From contig NC_043012.1 in assembly GCF_006345805.1 (NCBI RefSeq), positions 22,506,001 to 22,570,000 on the forward strand: DNA of 64,000 nucleotides, in the 5' to 3' direction. Positions 26,812-38,787 of the stretch are shown one piece after another (position 1 is the stretch's first letter; the number at the start of each line of letters is the position of its first letter). A program made the translations under genes and the position numbers. The notes beneath the pieces are model-generated. The model ran no database searches and was not told the DNA's origin. It saw only the letters and a list, made by a program, of their open reading frames with translations. Origin of the DNA: Octopus sinensis (lineage: Eukaryota).

Positions 26812-27125
26812 ATAATCATTTAATGTCCATTTTCTATGCTTGCACTGGCATGGTTTCTACAGCTGGATGCCCTTCCTAACACCAATCACTCCACAGAGTT
26901 TGCTGGGTGCTTTTGAAGTGTTATCATCACCAGTGATTTTTATGTAGCACCAGCACTGACGTCAATTCTGCTGTGGCAGAAGAGAATTCTTGACTGCAGC
27001 AAGGCACCAAATATCTTAATCTTTTGTCATTACTTTTATGAGGCTCAGGGTCTTGAGATCAGCCTTCAATACTTTGACCCATGTCTTCCCAGGTCTTCCT
27101 CTTCCACAAGTCCCATCCAATTTAA
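26812..27125 (-). mobile_element. RTE LINE 3' end: ORF C-terminus joined to 3'UTR
   Basis: Minus translation LDGTCGRGRPGKTWVKVLKADLKTLSLIKVMTKD*DIW is an RTE-type GRGRP C-terminus. It is contiguous with gaagggcatccagctgtagaaac and a (gat)n tail. Confidence 0.8.
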
Positions 27126-28414
27126 ACGATCAGCATGGACATAATATATATATATACATACATATATATATCAAATAAGTAAATGAGTGAAAATTGACAC
27201 CGGTGAGTGTGTTAAGTAATAAGGCGCTAAAAGAGAATGACTCTCCCCAGACACAATATAGTATGTGTGTGTGTGTGTGTGTGTATATATATCTAGACAC
27301 ACACACATGATGATGATGATGACACACACATACATATATAAATAAATGTATATATATTTATAATATTAAACACATGCACTGGTTCAATATCCTTTCTGTA
27401 TTGTTAGGCAATCATTAAATATCTAACCAACTAATCAAGCAATCCTTAGTTCAATATTTTTGTTAAACAATCAATGAACTGTTTATTGTAAAAGTCCTTT
27501 CATTGATCTTTGCAGCTTCATCAATACATACCATCATCGTCATCAGTTTAACATGTAGTTATCTGTTTCCATGGAATTTTGGTGAGGCAGATTTTTCTAC
27601 AGCTGGATGCCTTTCCTGTTGCCAATCCTCACCTAATTGCAGGCAAGTTAATGTTTCCCATGATCAGACATGTATCCATGGAAGATCCAAAATAAACTAC
27701 ACCGCCTGAATAATGGTGACACCCATTTACATCTATTACATGATGTCAAAACAAGGAGGCAGCAACACTTAGACACACACACACTCCCCCCTCTCTCTCT
27801 TTATATATATCAAAATAAGTAATAGGATGTCAAGTGTTAGTGTAATACGACCGTTTCAGGTGGCTCCATTTGATTGAGTAATGCAAGCATTACATCAGTT
27901 TGAATACAGTGCTATCTTCAGTTGCAAGAAATATGGATTTTTAACAGACAAGATATATTAACAGAATTTTTCTCAAACATTTTAGCAGATCTAGAGGATG
28001 GAAGAATTTCATGTTACCCCTATTGCAGCAAGTATAATCTAAGATATATATGTGTGTGTATGTTATATATATATATATATATATATATCATCATCATCAT
28101 CATTATCATCATTTAATGTCCATTTTCCATGCTGGCATGGGTTGGACAGATTGACAGGAGCTGGCAAGGCTGGAGAGCTGCACCAGGTTCCAATTGTCTG
28201 TTTTAGCATGGTTTCTATGGTTGGATACCCTTCCTAATGCCATATATATATATATACCCCCACTAGAATGGGAGAAAGCGCTAATACATGATCTAAGTTA
28301 TATGATGTATAAAAAATGTAATATACAAATAAATATCTGTAAATATAAACCATCCGATTTTCTGAGTACCTCATTTCTTCTAATATAAAATACCTGTACA
28401 TCATCTCCAAACCT

Positions 28415-28453
<39 letters not shown>

Positions 28454-29049
28454 CACACATGCATACACATATACAGATATGTAAATATGCATGCACATAA
28501 ACACACACACACATACACACAAATATGAATTAGTGCTTATGTAGTTTAAAGATATAACTATTTAAGTTCAGAATATCAAATTTTAAAATGACTTTCAAGC
28601 TGCAATGCATTTTATTCTAAGAATGGATTCACAGACAAACAAATAAAATAAACATTCTGAACAAAAAAATTTCAAAATGTCATTCTTCAATTCTACAGCT
28701 GTTTCAACAGTTACAATGCAATTATTGCCATCCATATTCTTATTACATAATTAATATATAAAAATTATATAATAATTTATTTGAGTGATAAAAATAAACT
28801 GTTTCATCAGAGGAGATTTTTGAAATCTGAAGGTTTGCTCAGTTTATTCAAATTAATCAATAAAGTATTTTTATATATATTAATTACCCAAATATTAAAT
28901 GGATCTGGATATTTACATTTTATCAGCTGTTAAACTTCTGTATGATATTTTGGAATATCATTGTAGCTTTTGCAACACCTCACTCTCTCTCCCTCTCTCT
29001 GTATATATATATGTGTGTGTATGTATAAATATATATATATATATATATA

Positions 29050-29401
29050 TCTATTCTTTTATTTGTTGCAGTCATTTGACTGTGTCCATGCTGGAGCACC
29101 GCTTTTAGTCAAACAAATCAACCCCATGGTCTATTCTTTGCAAGTCTAGTACTTAGTCTATTTGTGTCTTCTGCCAAACTGCTAAGTTACAGGGATGTAA
29201 ACACACCAGCATCGATTGTCAAGCAATGGTGTGGCGACAAACACACATTTGAACTTCTTTCAGTTTCCGTCTTCTAAATTGATTCAGAAGGCTTTGGTTG
29301 CCCCGAGGCTATAGTAGAAGACACTTGCCCAAGGTGCCATGCAGTGGGACTGAACCCAGAACCATGTGGTTGGTAAGCAGGCTATTTACCACACAGCCAC
29401 T

Positions 29402-29403
<2 letters not shown>
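29050..29403 (-). mobile_element. SINE family A
   Basis: 3' module and head, both contiguous; followed by (TA)n. Confidence 0.85.
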
Positions 29404-29448
<45 letters not shown>

Positions 29449-29449
29449 C

Positions 29450-29838
29450 CCTTTTACTCTTTTACTTGTTTCAGTCATTTGACTGCGACCATGCTGGAGC
29501 ACCACCTTTAGTCGAGCAAATCGACCCCAGGACTTATTCTTTGTAAGCCTAGTACTTATTCTATCAGTCCCTTTTGCCGAACCGCTAAGTTACGGGGACA
29601 TGAACACACCAGCATCGGTTGTCAAGCGATTTTGGGGGTACAAACACAGACAAACAAACACATATATATACACATATACACGACAGGCTTCTTTCAGTTT
29701 CCATCTACCAAATCCACTCACAAGGCTTTGGTCAGTCCGAGGCTATAGTAGAAGACACATGCCCAAAGTGCCATGCAGTGGGACTGAACTCAGAACCATG
29801 TGGTTGGTAAGCAAGCTACTTACCACTCAGCCACTCCT
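29450..29838 (-). mobile_element. SINE family A (tandem neighbour)
   Basis: Full-length copy on the other side of the same (TA)n array. Confidence 0.85.
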
Positions 29839-30158
29839 CATTGACATGATTATCATTTAATGTCCGTTTTCTATGCAGGTATGGGTCGGCCAGTTTGACA
29901 GGAGCTGACAGCTGAAGACCTGCACAGGCTTCACGTCTGCTTTGACATGGCTTCTAAGGTTGGATATTCCTTCCTAACACCAATCGTTTTACAGAGTGTA
30001 TTGGGTGCTTTTATGCAGCACTGACACATTGAAGTCAAGCCAAATGTATGAAGTCAAATGTATGTCTAAACTTTACTGTATATGCTTAATGTTCATTCAC
30101 CCAAGGGGAGTGTAGTTATTTGGTGTTACAAACATTATACACATCCTGTTAAGTTTAA

Positions 30159-30753
30159 CCCTTTTGTTACCATATTCATTTGGAGATGCTCTGTGTTTCT
30201 TACAATTATCTAAAATATAACAAAGAATTTAGTAAAATAACTGGCATCTGTGCCGGTGGCATGTAAAAAGCACCATCCGATCGTGGCCGCTGCCAGCCTC
30301 GTCTGGCACCTGTGCCGGTGGCATGTAAAAAGCACCATCCGATCGTGGCCGCTGCCAGCCTCATCTGGCACCTGTGCCGGTGGCACGTAAAAAGCACCAT
30401 CCGATCGTGGCCATTGCCAGCCTCGTCTGGCACCTGTGCCAGTGGCACGTAAAAAGCACCCACTACACTCATGGAGTGGTCAGCGTTAGGAAGAGCATCC
30501 AGCCGTAGAAACATTGCCAGATCAGACTGGGCCTGGTGCAGCCTTCTGGTTTCCCAGACCCCAATTGAACCGTCCAACCCATGACAGCATGGAAAGCGGA
30601 CACTAAACGATGATGATGATGATTATTAAGTTAGTGTTAGGAACATAAATTGTGACTAAGGTTTGGTGGAAGATTTTAATTCAGAACTTATGAAAACAAG
30701 ACATTGGTACTACAGAGCCAGAGCTGGTTTCAGCCGGGTCAGTATCGAAAGGG
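30159..30753. mobile_element. TTAA-flanked piggyBac-like MITE interrupted by an RTE 3' end
   Basis: TTAA|CCCTTT at 30155-30164 and AAAGGG|TTAA at 30748-30757. Body resembles 37778-38005 and ~60700-60840. Confidence 0.65.
30241..30622 (+). mobile_element. RTE 3'UTR with 62-bp tandem repeat (about 3.5 units)
   Basis: Units start at 30241, 30303, 30365 and 30427, then ggaagagcatccagccgtagaaac and a (gat)n tail. Confidence 0.85.
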
Positions 30754-31331
30754 TTAAATGTGAATTTCGTTAGACTTCATTATTATAACTTATTTGACTC
30801 TATCTGGTCCAGACTCCAATTATGCAGATACTCTAACGACGGTTTGGAATAATTCATTATTATATTTGACTTGAGTCAGAAATTCTGGTGATTGGCATTG
30901 CTTCTACGCAACACACTATGTGTGTGTGTGTGCATGTATTAAGAAAGTGACATAAGTCTGTCATATATACACATATGTATACATACAAGCATTCTGTGAT
31001 GGTTGTAAATGAGCATCCCCAGCATACAAGCGGAGTTGTTAATTTGCAGAATCTTAATGGGAAAAGATGTAGGCTTGTGTGTTCAAGTTATCTGTAGAAA
31101 CTAAGTTCTGTTTTTTTCTTGGTTCAGTCATTGGATTGCAGCCATGCTGGAGCACCGCCTTGAAGGGTTTGGACAAACAAATCAAAGCCAGTACCTATTT
31201 TTAAGCTTGTTTTTTTTTTTTATTCAATCAGCCTCTTAGCTGAACTGCTAAGTTACAAGAACTGAAAGAAACCAACACCAGTTGACAAGTAGTAAAGAGG
31301 AGAAATGCAATCACACACACATACATGAATA

Positions 31332-31388
<57 letters not shown>

Positions 31389-31392
<4 letters not shown>

Positions 31393-31761
31393 TCTTTTAC
31401 TTGTTTCAGTCATTTGACTGTGGCCATGCTGGAGCACCGCCTTTAGTCGAGCAAATCGACCCCGGGACTTATTCTTTGTAAGCCCAGTACTTTTTCTATC
31501 GGTCTCTTTTGCCGAACTGCTAAGTGACGGCGACGTAAACACACCAGCATCGGTTGTCAAGCAATGCTAGGGGGACAAACATAGACACACAAATGTACAC
31601 ATACACATATATGTTAGTTTCCGTCTAACAAATCCACTCACAGGGCTTTGGTCGGCCCGAGGCTATAGTAGAAGACACTTGCCCAAGATGCCACGCAGTG
31701 GGACTGAACCCGGAACCATGTGGTTGGTAAGCAAGCTACTTACCACACAGGCACTCCTGCA

Positions 31762-31762
<1 letters not shown>
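31389..31762 (-). mobile_element. SINE family A, near full-length
   Basis: tactcttttacttgtttcagtc...ccacacaggcactcctgcacc, between (TA)n arrays. An older 3' module lies at 31120-31310. Confidence 0.85.
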
Positions 31763-31796
<34 letters not shown>

Positions 31797-31830
31797 AATA
31801 GTAAATAATATATGTATGTAGATAAATGCA

Positions 31831-32046
31831 TATATGGGTACAGGACATCACCAATGGAGCAAATAACATGAAATACATAAGGAAACAAGTCAAATATGTA
31901 AACAATGAAAAAAGGGAAAACAGGACAAGTAAACACAGAAAAAGGACCCTTCTCCTCTTTTCCATTTTATTCTTGTTTATGTATTTAACTCGTTTGTTTA
32001 TGTATTTCATGTTATTTGCACTGTTGGTGATGTCATGTATCCACAT
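31831..32046. repeat. Imperfect ~215-bp palindrome
   Basis: gcaaataacatgaaatacataa pairs with ttatgtatttcatgttatttgc, and gacatcaccaa with ttggtgatgtc. The ORF track shows near-identical peptides on both strands. Confidence 0.85.
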
Positions 32047-32080
32047 ATATATATATATATATATATATAAATATATACCA

Positions 32081-32445
32081 AGGAAATGACTAGAGACCGA
32101 GACCTATGGAAGTATGCTGTGCGTGAGAAGACCCGGCAAGACTAGTGAGAACATAACCTGTGGCCTACATACCTTTCCCTCTTGGGACACAAAACTCCAC
32201 TTGTGAAGACCCGTTGAGGCAAGTGAAAATCAAAATCAAAATCAAACCAAATCAAATCCGATATCAGAAAGCAGAACCAGAATCGAAGTCGATCAACATC
32301 AATGGAAATTGCAGCTGTGGTACCAGTGCCGGTGACAAGTAAGCAAACCATCTGATCGTGGCCGTTGCCAGCGCTGCCCCGACTGGCCTCCGTGCTGGTG
32401 GCACGTAAAAGCACCATCCGTTCGTGTCCGTTGCCAGCCTCGCCA
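32081..32445 (+). mobile_element. RTE LINE ORF C-terminus and start of 3'UTR
   Basis: EMTRDRDLWKYAVREKTRQD*, then (aaaatc)n and the gcacgtaaaagcaccatcc minisatellite units. Confidence 0.8.
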
Positions 32446-32619
32446 ATGGGACAAGAAAGCAAAACATTCAAATAGACGATACAAAAAACGGACGGGTCAT
32501 TCGAAGCCTCTAATCTTCAGTCAAGAACTGGATCATCCTCGCAATTTCCTGTTATATATTATTTATTGTTTAACTGTATGTAACACATCCATTTCCAAGT
32601 ATATATATATATATATATA

Positions 32620-33445
32620 TATAGCAGCATACGTACACTTTGGTCTCTTATATATAAGTATATATATATATCTAAATTTTGTACAACTCTATCTTTCTAT
32701 TCTTTCATTCTTTCCTTCTTTCAATCAGCCCTTTCACATTTCATTCATTCCACTCTCCGTTGTTTTGTTCCCCCTCTCTCCCATTTCCTGGCCTTCTCTT
32801 CATGCTCACTTTCCCTCCTCTTTCACTTCACTGTGTCTCTTTCATTGTTTTTTTTTTGCCCCTCCTTAATACTTCTATCCCTCTGCTTCCACCTCTCTCT
32901 CTTCTCCCCACCATGTGACCGGTGTTCGGCCAGGCCTGACCTTTCTTTCTTGGTTCCACTACCATCCTTGCAACATCTATATTCCTTCCTGAGCCTGTCA
33001 AATCTTATGTCCTTGCCATAAGGCTTTACTTCCACACACCCCAGCTTATTTTAATTCGTCCTTAGTCAAAAGACACTTGTTCTTATGTCCTGTTATTTGC
33101 GTTTGTATTTGTGTAACATTTCTCCGTTATTGTTTTCATATACATTTGCTACTTTCTTCCAAGGAATCTAATGCTCTTAGCTTAGTTTTTCCTTGGGGCT
33201 GGCCAGATTGGAGCAATCTCGAGTATAACCAGCTGAAATTGCAAAGATAATCTGGAACTCGACTGAGTATAGAAAACTCCAAATGACCTGTCCTTGTTTT
33301 CTTTGTATTGTCTATCTAGATGTTTTGTTGTCCCTTTTTGTATCACCTAACTGTCTTGATGTTTTGCATTCTTGTCCTATTTCTGTATTTTTTAAATATA
33401 AAAACATATAGTGGCATACGTACACTTTGGTCTCTTATATATATA
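32620..33445 (+). mobile_element. Direct-repeat-bounded pyrimidine-rich remnant, possibly Penelope-like
   Basis: gcatacgtacactttggtctcttatatata at 32627-32656 and 33414-33443. Segment 33240-33320 resembles the reverse complement of 32455-32545. Confidence 0.45.
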
Positions 33446-33593
33446 TATGCAGAATTTAGGCTCATTGAAATATGTTTGTCACATGTTTCAACTGCTAAAA
33501 GGCAAATGCACTGCGGTTACCACGGAGAAAAAATCTCTCTTATGGTAAAAAGGTGTGAAAACACCTGCTTCATTTAGTGTCATCATCTATTAG

Positions 33594-33686
33594 GAATCTC
33601 TGACATCAATGTTTTGAGGTTTTTGACTCTTGTCAATGAGATGTACCCAAGAGAGGCAACTCTGAACGAACTTAATGAAGCTGTAG
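33594..33686 (+). CDS. Candidate internal exon, phase 1-1: (G)ISDINVLRFLTLVNEMYPREATLNELNEAV(G)
   Basis: ctattag|GA...GTAG|gtttgt, 93 bp, frame-preserving, protein-like composition. No homology recognised. Confidence 0.45.
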
Positions 33687-33894
33687 GTTTGTATATAATT
33701 TAGTCAACACCTTTTTTACCATAAGAGAGTTTATTTTTCCATGGTAACTGCAGTGTATTTGACTTTTGGCAGTTGAAATATGTGACAAACCTATTTCAAC
33801 TGACCTAAATTCTGCTCATATCTAAACACTGCTTTGTGCTAACAGTTTATTGTTATCCATGTGTGTGTGTGTGTGCTATCATGTGTGTGGAAAC

Positions 33895-34070
33895 ATACAA
33901 TGAGCTTGTTTCAGTTTCCATCTAGTGAACCTACTCACAAAGCTTTGTTTGGCCAGGGCTGTATAGAAGATACTTGCCCAAGGTGCCACAGAGTGGGCAA
34001 GAACCTGGGCCTATGTGGTTGGGAAGTGAACTTCTTACCACACAACCATATAGTAAGATAGTCTCATCAC
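33895..34070 (-). mobile_element. SINE family A head, diverged
   Basis: gaagatacttgcccaaggtgccacagagtggg...cttcttaccacacaaccat. Confidence 0.65.
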
Positions 34071-34308
34071 GAAACCACACATATGTACACCTATATTATT
34101 TCTTAGTGATATTTCTATTTCTCTTTCACACATACATATAGACAATGCATGCACACAGACACATATAGTCACACACACACACACACACATGTAAAGTATA
34201 CTGATGAACACATATAATATAGTTACACAAATACAAATATATGTATACACATGTATTCATATATATATATATTATATATTATATATATTATATATATATA
34301 TGTTTGTA

Positions 34309-34357
<49 letters not shown>

Positions 34358-34779
34358 ATGTGTATGAGTGGTGTATATATATATATATACCTTTATATAT
34401 ATGTGTGTGTAAGTGTCTGTATATATATACATACTGTGTACACACACACACATGTTCTCTCTTTCTCTCTCACGCTCATATATTCAGAATTATAAAATAT
34501 AAATATGTGTATTTAATAAAAATCCTATATTTTATTCTAAGGAGATATTTCTAGGATTTGATTGCCTGCACAATGATTAGTAGATGATGAAATCTTATCT
34601 CTTAATTTTCTTAAATTGAGTCTGAATCTCACACAAACATAAAATAAAGAACTGAAGATTGAATTTCCTTTCTGACATTTATAGATAATGAAACTTCAAG
34701 GGGAAAAACCTCTTCCATAAAACAATATAGATTATATAAGTATTGTTATTGGGAGGATTTTATTTGTTTTGGAATGGAT

Positions 34780-34810
<31 letters not shown>

Positions 34811-35439
34811 ACTTCCCTTGTATTTGTATGTCTCTCCATCTTTCTTTTACTGTTTCCCCCTCTGCCTATATGTATGCCTTTTTTTCTCTCTCTCATTCTC
34901 TCTATTTCTCTACCTCTCTCTTCCTCTTTTCACCTCACCCTATCGGCAAATTTTCCGTCTAGCTTTTGAAATGGGTTTAGGATTTTGAAATTAATTTGAA
35001 GAAATTGATTGAAGCTAAATTATCAAAGTAAGACAGTAGAAAACATTTTCTTTACATAGTCTAAACTTGCAACACCTCAAAGAGTCTGTAACATAATGTA
35101 TAGTTCTTAATTCCTTCATAGGATAGTTGTTGGCAACAAAATTCTAGTATTTGCTATAAAAATTGTAGCATACAATAATCACAACTACCGACATTGTTTA
35201 ATATAATTCTATGGAAACCTTAATTGGTATATCATTGCGAAGAGTGATTGCTCTATTAAACATAAAAGTTCCATTGTCAAAGAGTTGGAATAAAAGTTTG
35301 GAAAGTAGAAATAGAATGAAACAAAGAGGAACAGAGGAAAAAGATCTTCAGTATGGTTATTCTTGTTCTTTTTGGCTGAAGAGATACAAGATGTAAAGCA
35401 ATCATTTGTGATAACCATGGAAATCATGGATGGCACTAC

Positions 35440-35670
35440 ATGTTAGCAATGTGGAAATTTTCAACATGGTCAACAACAAATTTAATGTAGAAATTCTTTT
35501 TCAATTATACTGCATCCTTAGCACTCCACTATTCATGTCAGTTTCCTGAAGAAATAATTTCATAGTTCAAGACAAATGTTTGTCTGGAACTATCACAAAG
35601 CTGCAGAAAATATTCCAAACTGGACAAAATGTCTAGAATCCAAAGGCAAACATACCAAGAAGTGAAGTTT
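35440..35670 (+). pseudogene. Highly decayed mariner transposase C-terminus
   Basis: WNYHKAAENIPNWTKCLESKGKHTKK* resembles the mariner tail (GI.KL..RW.KC..S.G.Y). An upstream LALHY resembles LAPSDY. Confidence 0.4.
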
Positions 35671-36058
35671 TGTGTTAATACCAGAACACATAAAATTATT
35701 CAAATTCTTGGAAATTTGTTTTGCTAACTAAGAAAAGTGGGGAAGAAGGCAAGAATTTAATATTGTGTACCCAGATCAGAAAAATTGGTACAGAGAAAGA
35801 GAATGGGGGCCCCTTGCATACTTAGAAAACTGTATGCTCAAATCAAACATTGTGTTCGTGTGTGTGTGTGAGTATGCATACAAGTATCATGGTATATTGT
35901 ACCCAGAAAATAGTGTAAAGTTGTTGACAATAAGGAGAGTACTTAGTCACAAAAAAATGCCAAAAAAATGGAAGAAGGAACTATATACATTGTTGTCATC
36001 ATCATTATATTGTATGTCTACTTCATATACATGTACGTGTATATATATACATATTATA

Positions 36059-37282
36059 CAGGGTGTGTAAGATATTTGAGGACAGATTTATGTTTATAAA
36101 AAAACAGATTTATAATAACAGATAATAACTTTATTTATCAAAAAATGCTATGAGGATAAAAATAAACCTTCTTCTCCTTAATGTTATTCAAGAAAGCCAC
36201 CTTCAGCTTCAACAACTGCTTCTATATGAGATCTAAATCATCTACATACTTGAATCAAGTGGTCCTGGTTCATTTTGGACATTACTCTGACTATGGCAGC
36301 TTTCAAAGAATCTTTGGTGCTATGGATATGTTCATTAACCTCTATCTCAACAATGCTCCACATGTAATAGTCCAATGAATTAAGATTTGGGGAATTAGGA
36401 GGCCAAATTTTAGGGGTTATGTGATCATGAAAATTTTCAGCCATCCATTCCTGTGTAACTAGAGCCATGTGTGATAGTGCAGAGTCTTACTGAAACACAA
36501 ATGGCCTTCTTTTGCATACACTGTCTACCCAGGGCTCAACAATTATTCCCAGGACCTCAATGTAGGCAGCAGAGTTAACGTTAAGACTTTGTGGAAAGAA
36601 GTAAGGAGGCATCATATGTCCTTCATTGCTGACAACCTCTAAAACCATGACAGAGGCAGGACGTTTTGTATACATAACTCTTGGAACTTCAGAAGGGTCT
36701 GCACCTAACCATCTGTCATTTCTTCTGTAAACTTTTTGATCTTGGCCAAAGTTTTTCTCATCTGAAAAAATAAAACCAAATCAAATTTTCTTCTGCTGGA
36801 TTTTCAGTTTGTTTAAGAACCTTTTAAATCTGATGTAGTGATTTTCTTTTGCTTTTTCTGACAAATTGACCTTTCCTCATCATATAAGACTTATATCTGG
36901 TGTCTTTGTCGACAACATTTCTGACTGTTCCTTCTGATACATGGAGATCCTTTGCATTTGACCTGATGGACTTTCTGGGATTGTAATCAATGGTCTGTTA
37001 GAATGCTTTTTACATGTAAATACTAGTGATACATTTCCATCTTCAGTCTCTAGCTCCTTACAAACTTTGTAGATAAAAGATCTGGCAACTTTTAAAAATT
37101 GAGACATTTCTAAATCGCTATGCTCAGCCTTTATAACTGCAATAACAGCATGCCTCTTTTTTTCTTGAGTAAGCTGAGGGTCTGCCATTATTATTTTCTG
37201 AAACAAAGATTATAAAGAGTTAGCAAAAAATGCAGCAATGACCACAAAAAGGTATGTCCTCAAATACATTATGCATCCTCTG
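36059..37282 (-). mobile_element. maT (DD37D) IS630-Tc1-mariner transposon, near full length
   Basis: TA|cagggtgtgtaagatatttgaggaca and tgtcctcaaatacattatgcatcctctg are imperfect TIRs around ~1.22 kb. Confidence 0.9.
36184..37188 (-). pseudogene. DD37D transposase pseudogene
   Basis: MADPQLTQEKKRHAVIAVIK...SVMVLEVVSNEG...FVFQ*DSALSH...WPPNSPNLNSLDYYMW...FRSHIEAVVEAEGGFLE*. I count 37 residues between the second and third D. Contains stops and frameshifts. Confidence 0.9.
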
Positions 37283-37777
37283 TGTGTGTGTGTATGTGTG
37301 TGTATTATCACCATTTTTTACACTCACTTTTCCATGCTAGTAAGAAAGAATTGGATGGGCCTTCTCAGGCTTGAAACCATTCTCAATGTCAATTCATTGA
37401 GCTATTTTTTATGACACTCGGGGATACATGTAGTTATTCTGAAATCCAGAATTCACAGGGAAATGTATAAAGCACACCCTATGTTAGTCATACAATTTTT
37501 TTTTTATTTATCACTGTTAAGGCTAAAAAATGTGTACAACATGCACCATATACACCTTGTTTGTATGTTTCCATTATATTTACGTATACAGTATATGGCT
37601 TTTTCTTTCAAGTATGATGTCCTGAAAACATGACAATTTAGCTTTAATCTTTTATGTTAATGACTTTCATTAACATTCCTAGATCTTCTCAGTCTCATCT
37701 TCTGGATAAAGTGTGGACTATAGCAGTGCTTTAATTTAAGAGTTTGTAAATCTTAAAACTAACATCTACTGATTTAA

Positions 37778-38005
37778 CCTTTTTCTTACCATGTTTCTAT
37801 TGCAATACACTCCCTTTATTTCAATTAATTCTGAAAATAATGAAGAATTTCTTAAAATATGAGTAACTTTGTCATAACTGAGCTGACATCTGGAACATAG
37901 ATTATCAGTAAACTGTGATGGAAGGTTTCAGTTTAGATCACTTTAGACAATGAAGTTTGCATCATGGAACCAAAAGGCGATTCAGGCAACTTGAGATCAA
38001 AAGGG
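37778..38005. mobile_element. TTAA-associated piggyBac-like MITE
   Basis: ttaa|cctttttcttaccat...tcaaaaggg|tttaa; similar to 30159-30753 without the insert. Confidence 0.55.
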
Positions 38006-38444
38006 TTTAAAATATATTCAACTTAATTTTAAGTTACCCTCCTTGTTTATTTCTCATATATTGTCTGTCTGTGCTGAATTTTGAAAATAATAAAGCTTCC
38101 ATTAATGATCTTCTAGTTTTCTTTGTACAATTCTATATTGGAGAGTAGAGTTATCAATTAATGCTTTCTTCCCTTTCATCTATCATCCATCTGTCCTCTT
38201 GCTCATTTGGATTTGTTGGCTGGTAGACTTAACTGGTGACATGGCTTAAAACGACCCTTTGGGATTTAGTGACCTTTTTTAATTGAGTCCCCTTGCAAAC
38301 CGGCATTTTGCAGACAACTCTTTCCCTTTCTCCCACTGATCCTGGAGCTCCTCATAAACAGGGCATCATGGCTTTCTGATTAAACAGTAAAAATGGAAAA
38401 CACAAGTGATACCTTTTCCAGATAAGAATTTTATCAAATATGGC

Positions 38445-38580
38445 TGTGTGGTTAGGGAGCTTGCTTCCTAGCTACATGGTTTCGGGTTCAGTCCCACTGC
38501 GTGACACTTTGGGTAGGTGTCTTCCACTATAGCCCCGAGCCGACCGGAGCTTTGTGATTGAATTCGGTAGGAGGAAGTTA
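38445..38580 (+). mobile_element. SINE family A head
   Basis: tggctgtgtggttagggagc...gggttcagtcccactgcgtgacactttggg. Confidence 0.75.
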
Positions 38581-38701
38581 CTGCCATGTGTGTATGTGTG
38601 CGTATAGCTGCTCAGTGCCTCTCCGAAAGAGAGAGGGGGAAAAGTGAAGAGATAAGAAACATGAGAAACACATACACATACATATACATAAATACACATA
38701 C

Positions 38702-38732
<31 letters not shown>

Positions 38733-38737
38733 TATAT

Positions 38738-38783
<46 letters not shown>

Positions 38784-38787
38784 TATA

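Noticed and set aside
30241-30460. Regular GC-rich repeats resembling a CRISPR array (also 42260-42550)
   Set aside because: Units are contiguous with no unique spacers, there are no cas genes, and the context is a eukaryotic RTE UTR.
32485-32530. Hammerhead-like CTGAAGA...GAA on minus, with a relative at ~33262-33290
   Set aside because: No consistent stem II, and GAA is followed by U rather than the A15.1-U16.1 pair. Too degenerate to call.
35765-36070. 101-aa ORF with possible acceptors at 35775 and ~35905
   Set aside because: It crosses a (TG)n tract and runs into the transposon TIR. A few ORFs of this length are expected by chance in 64 kb.
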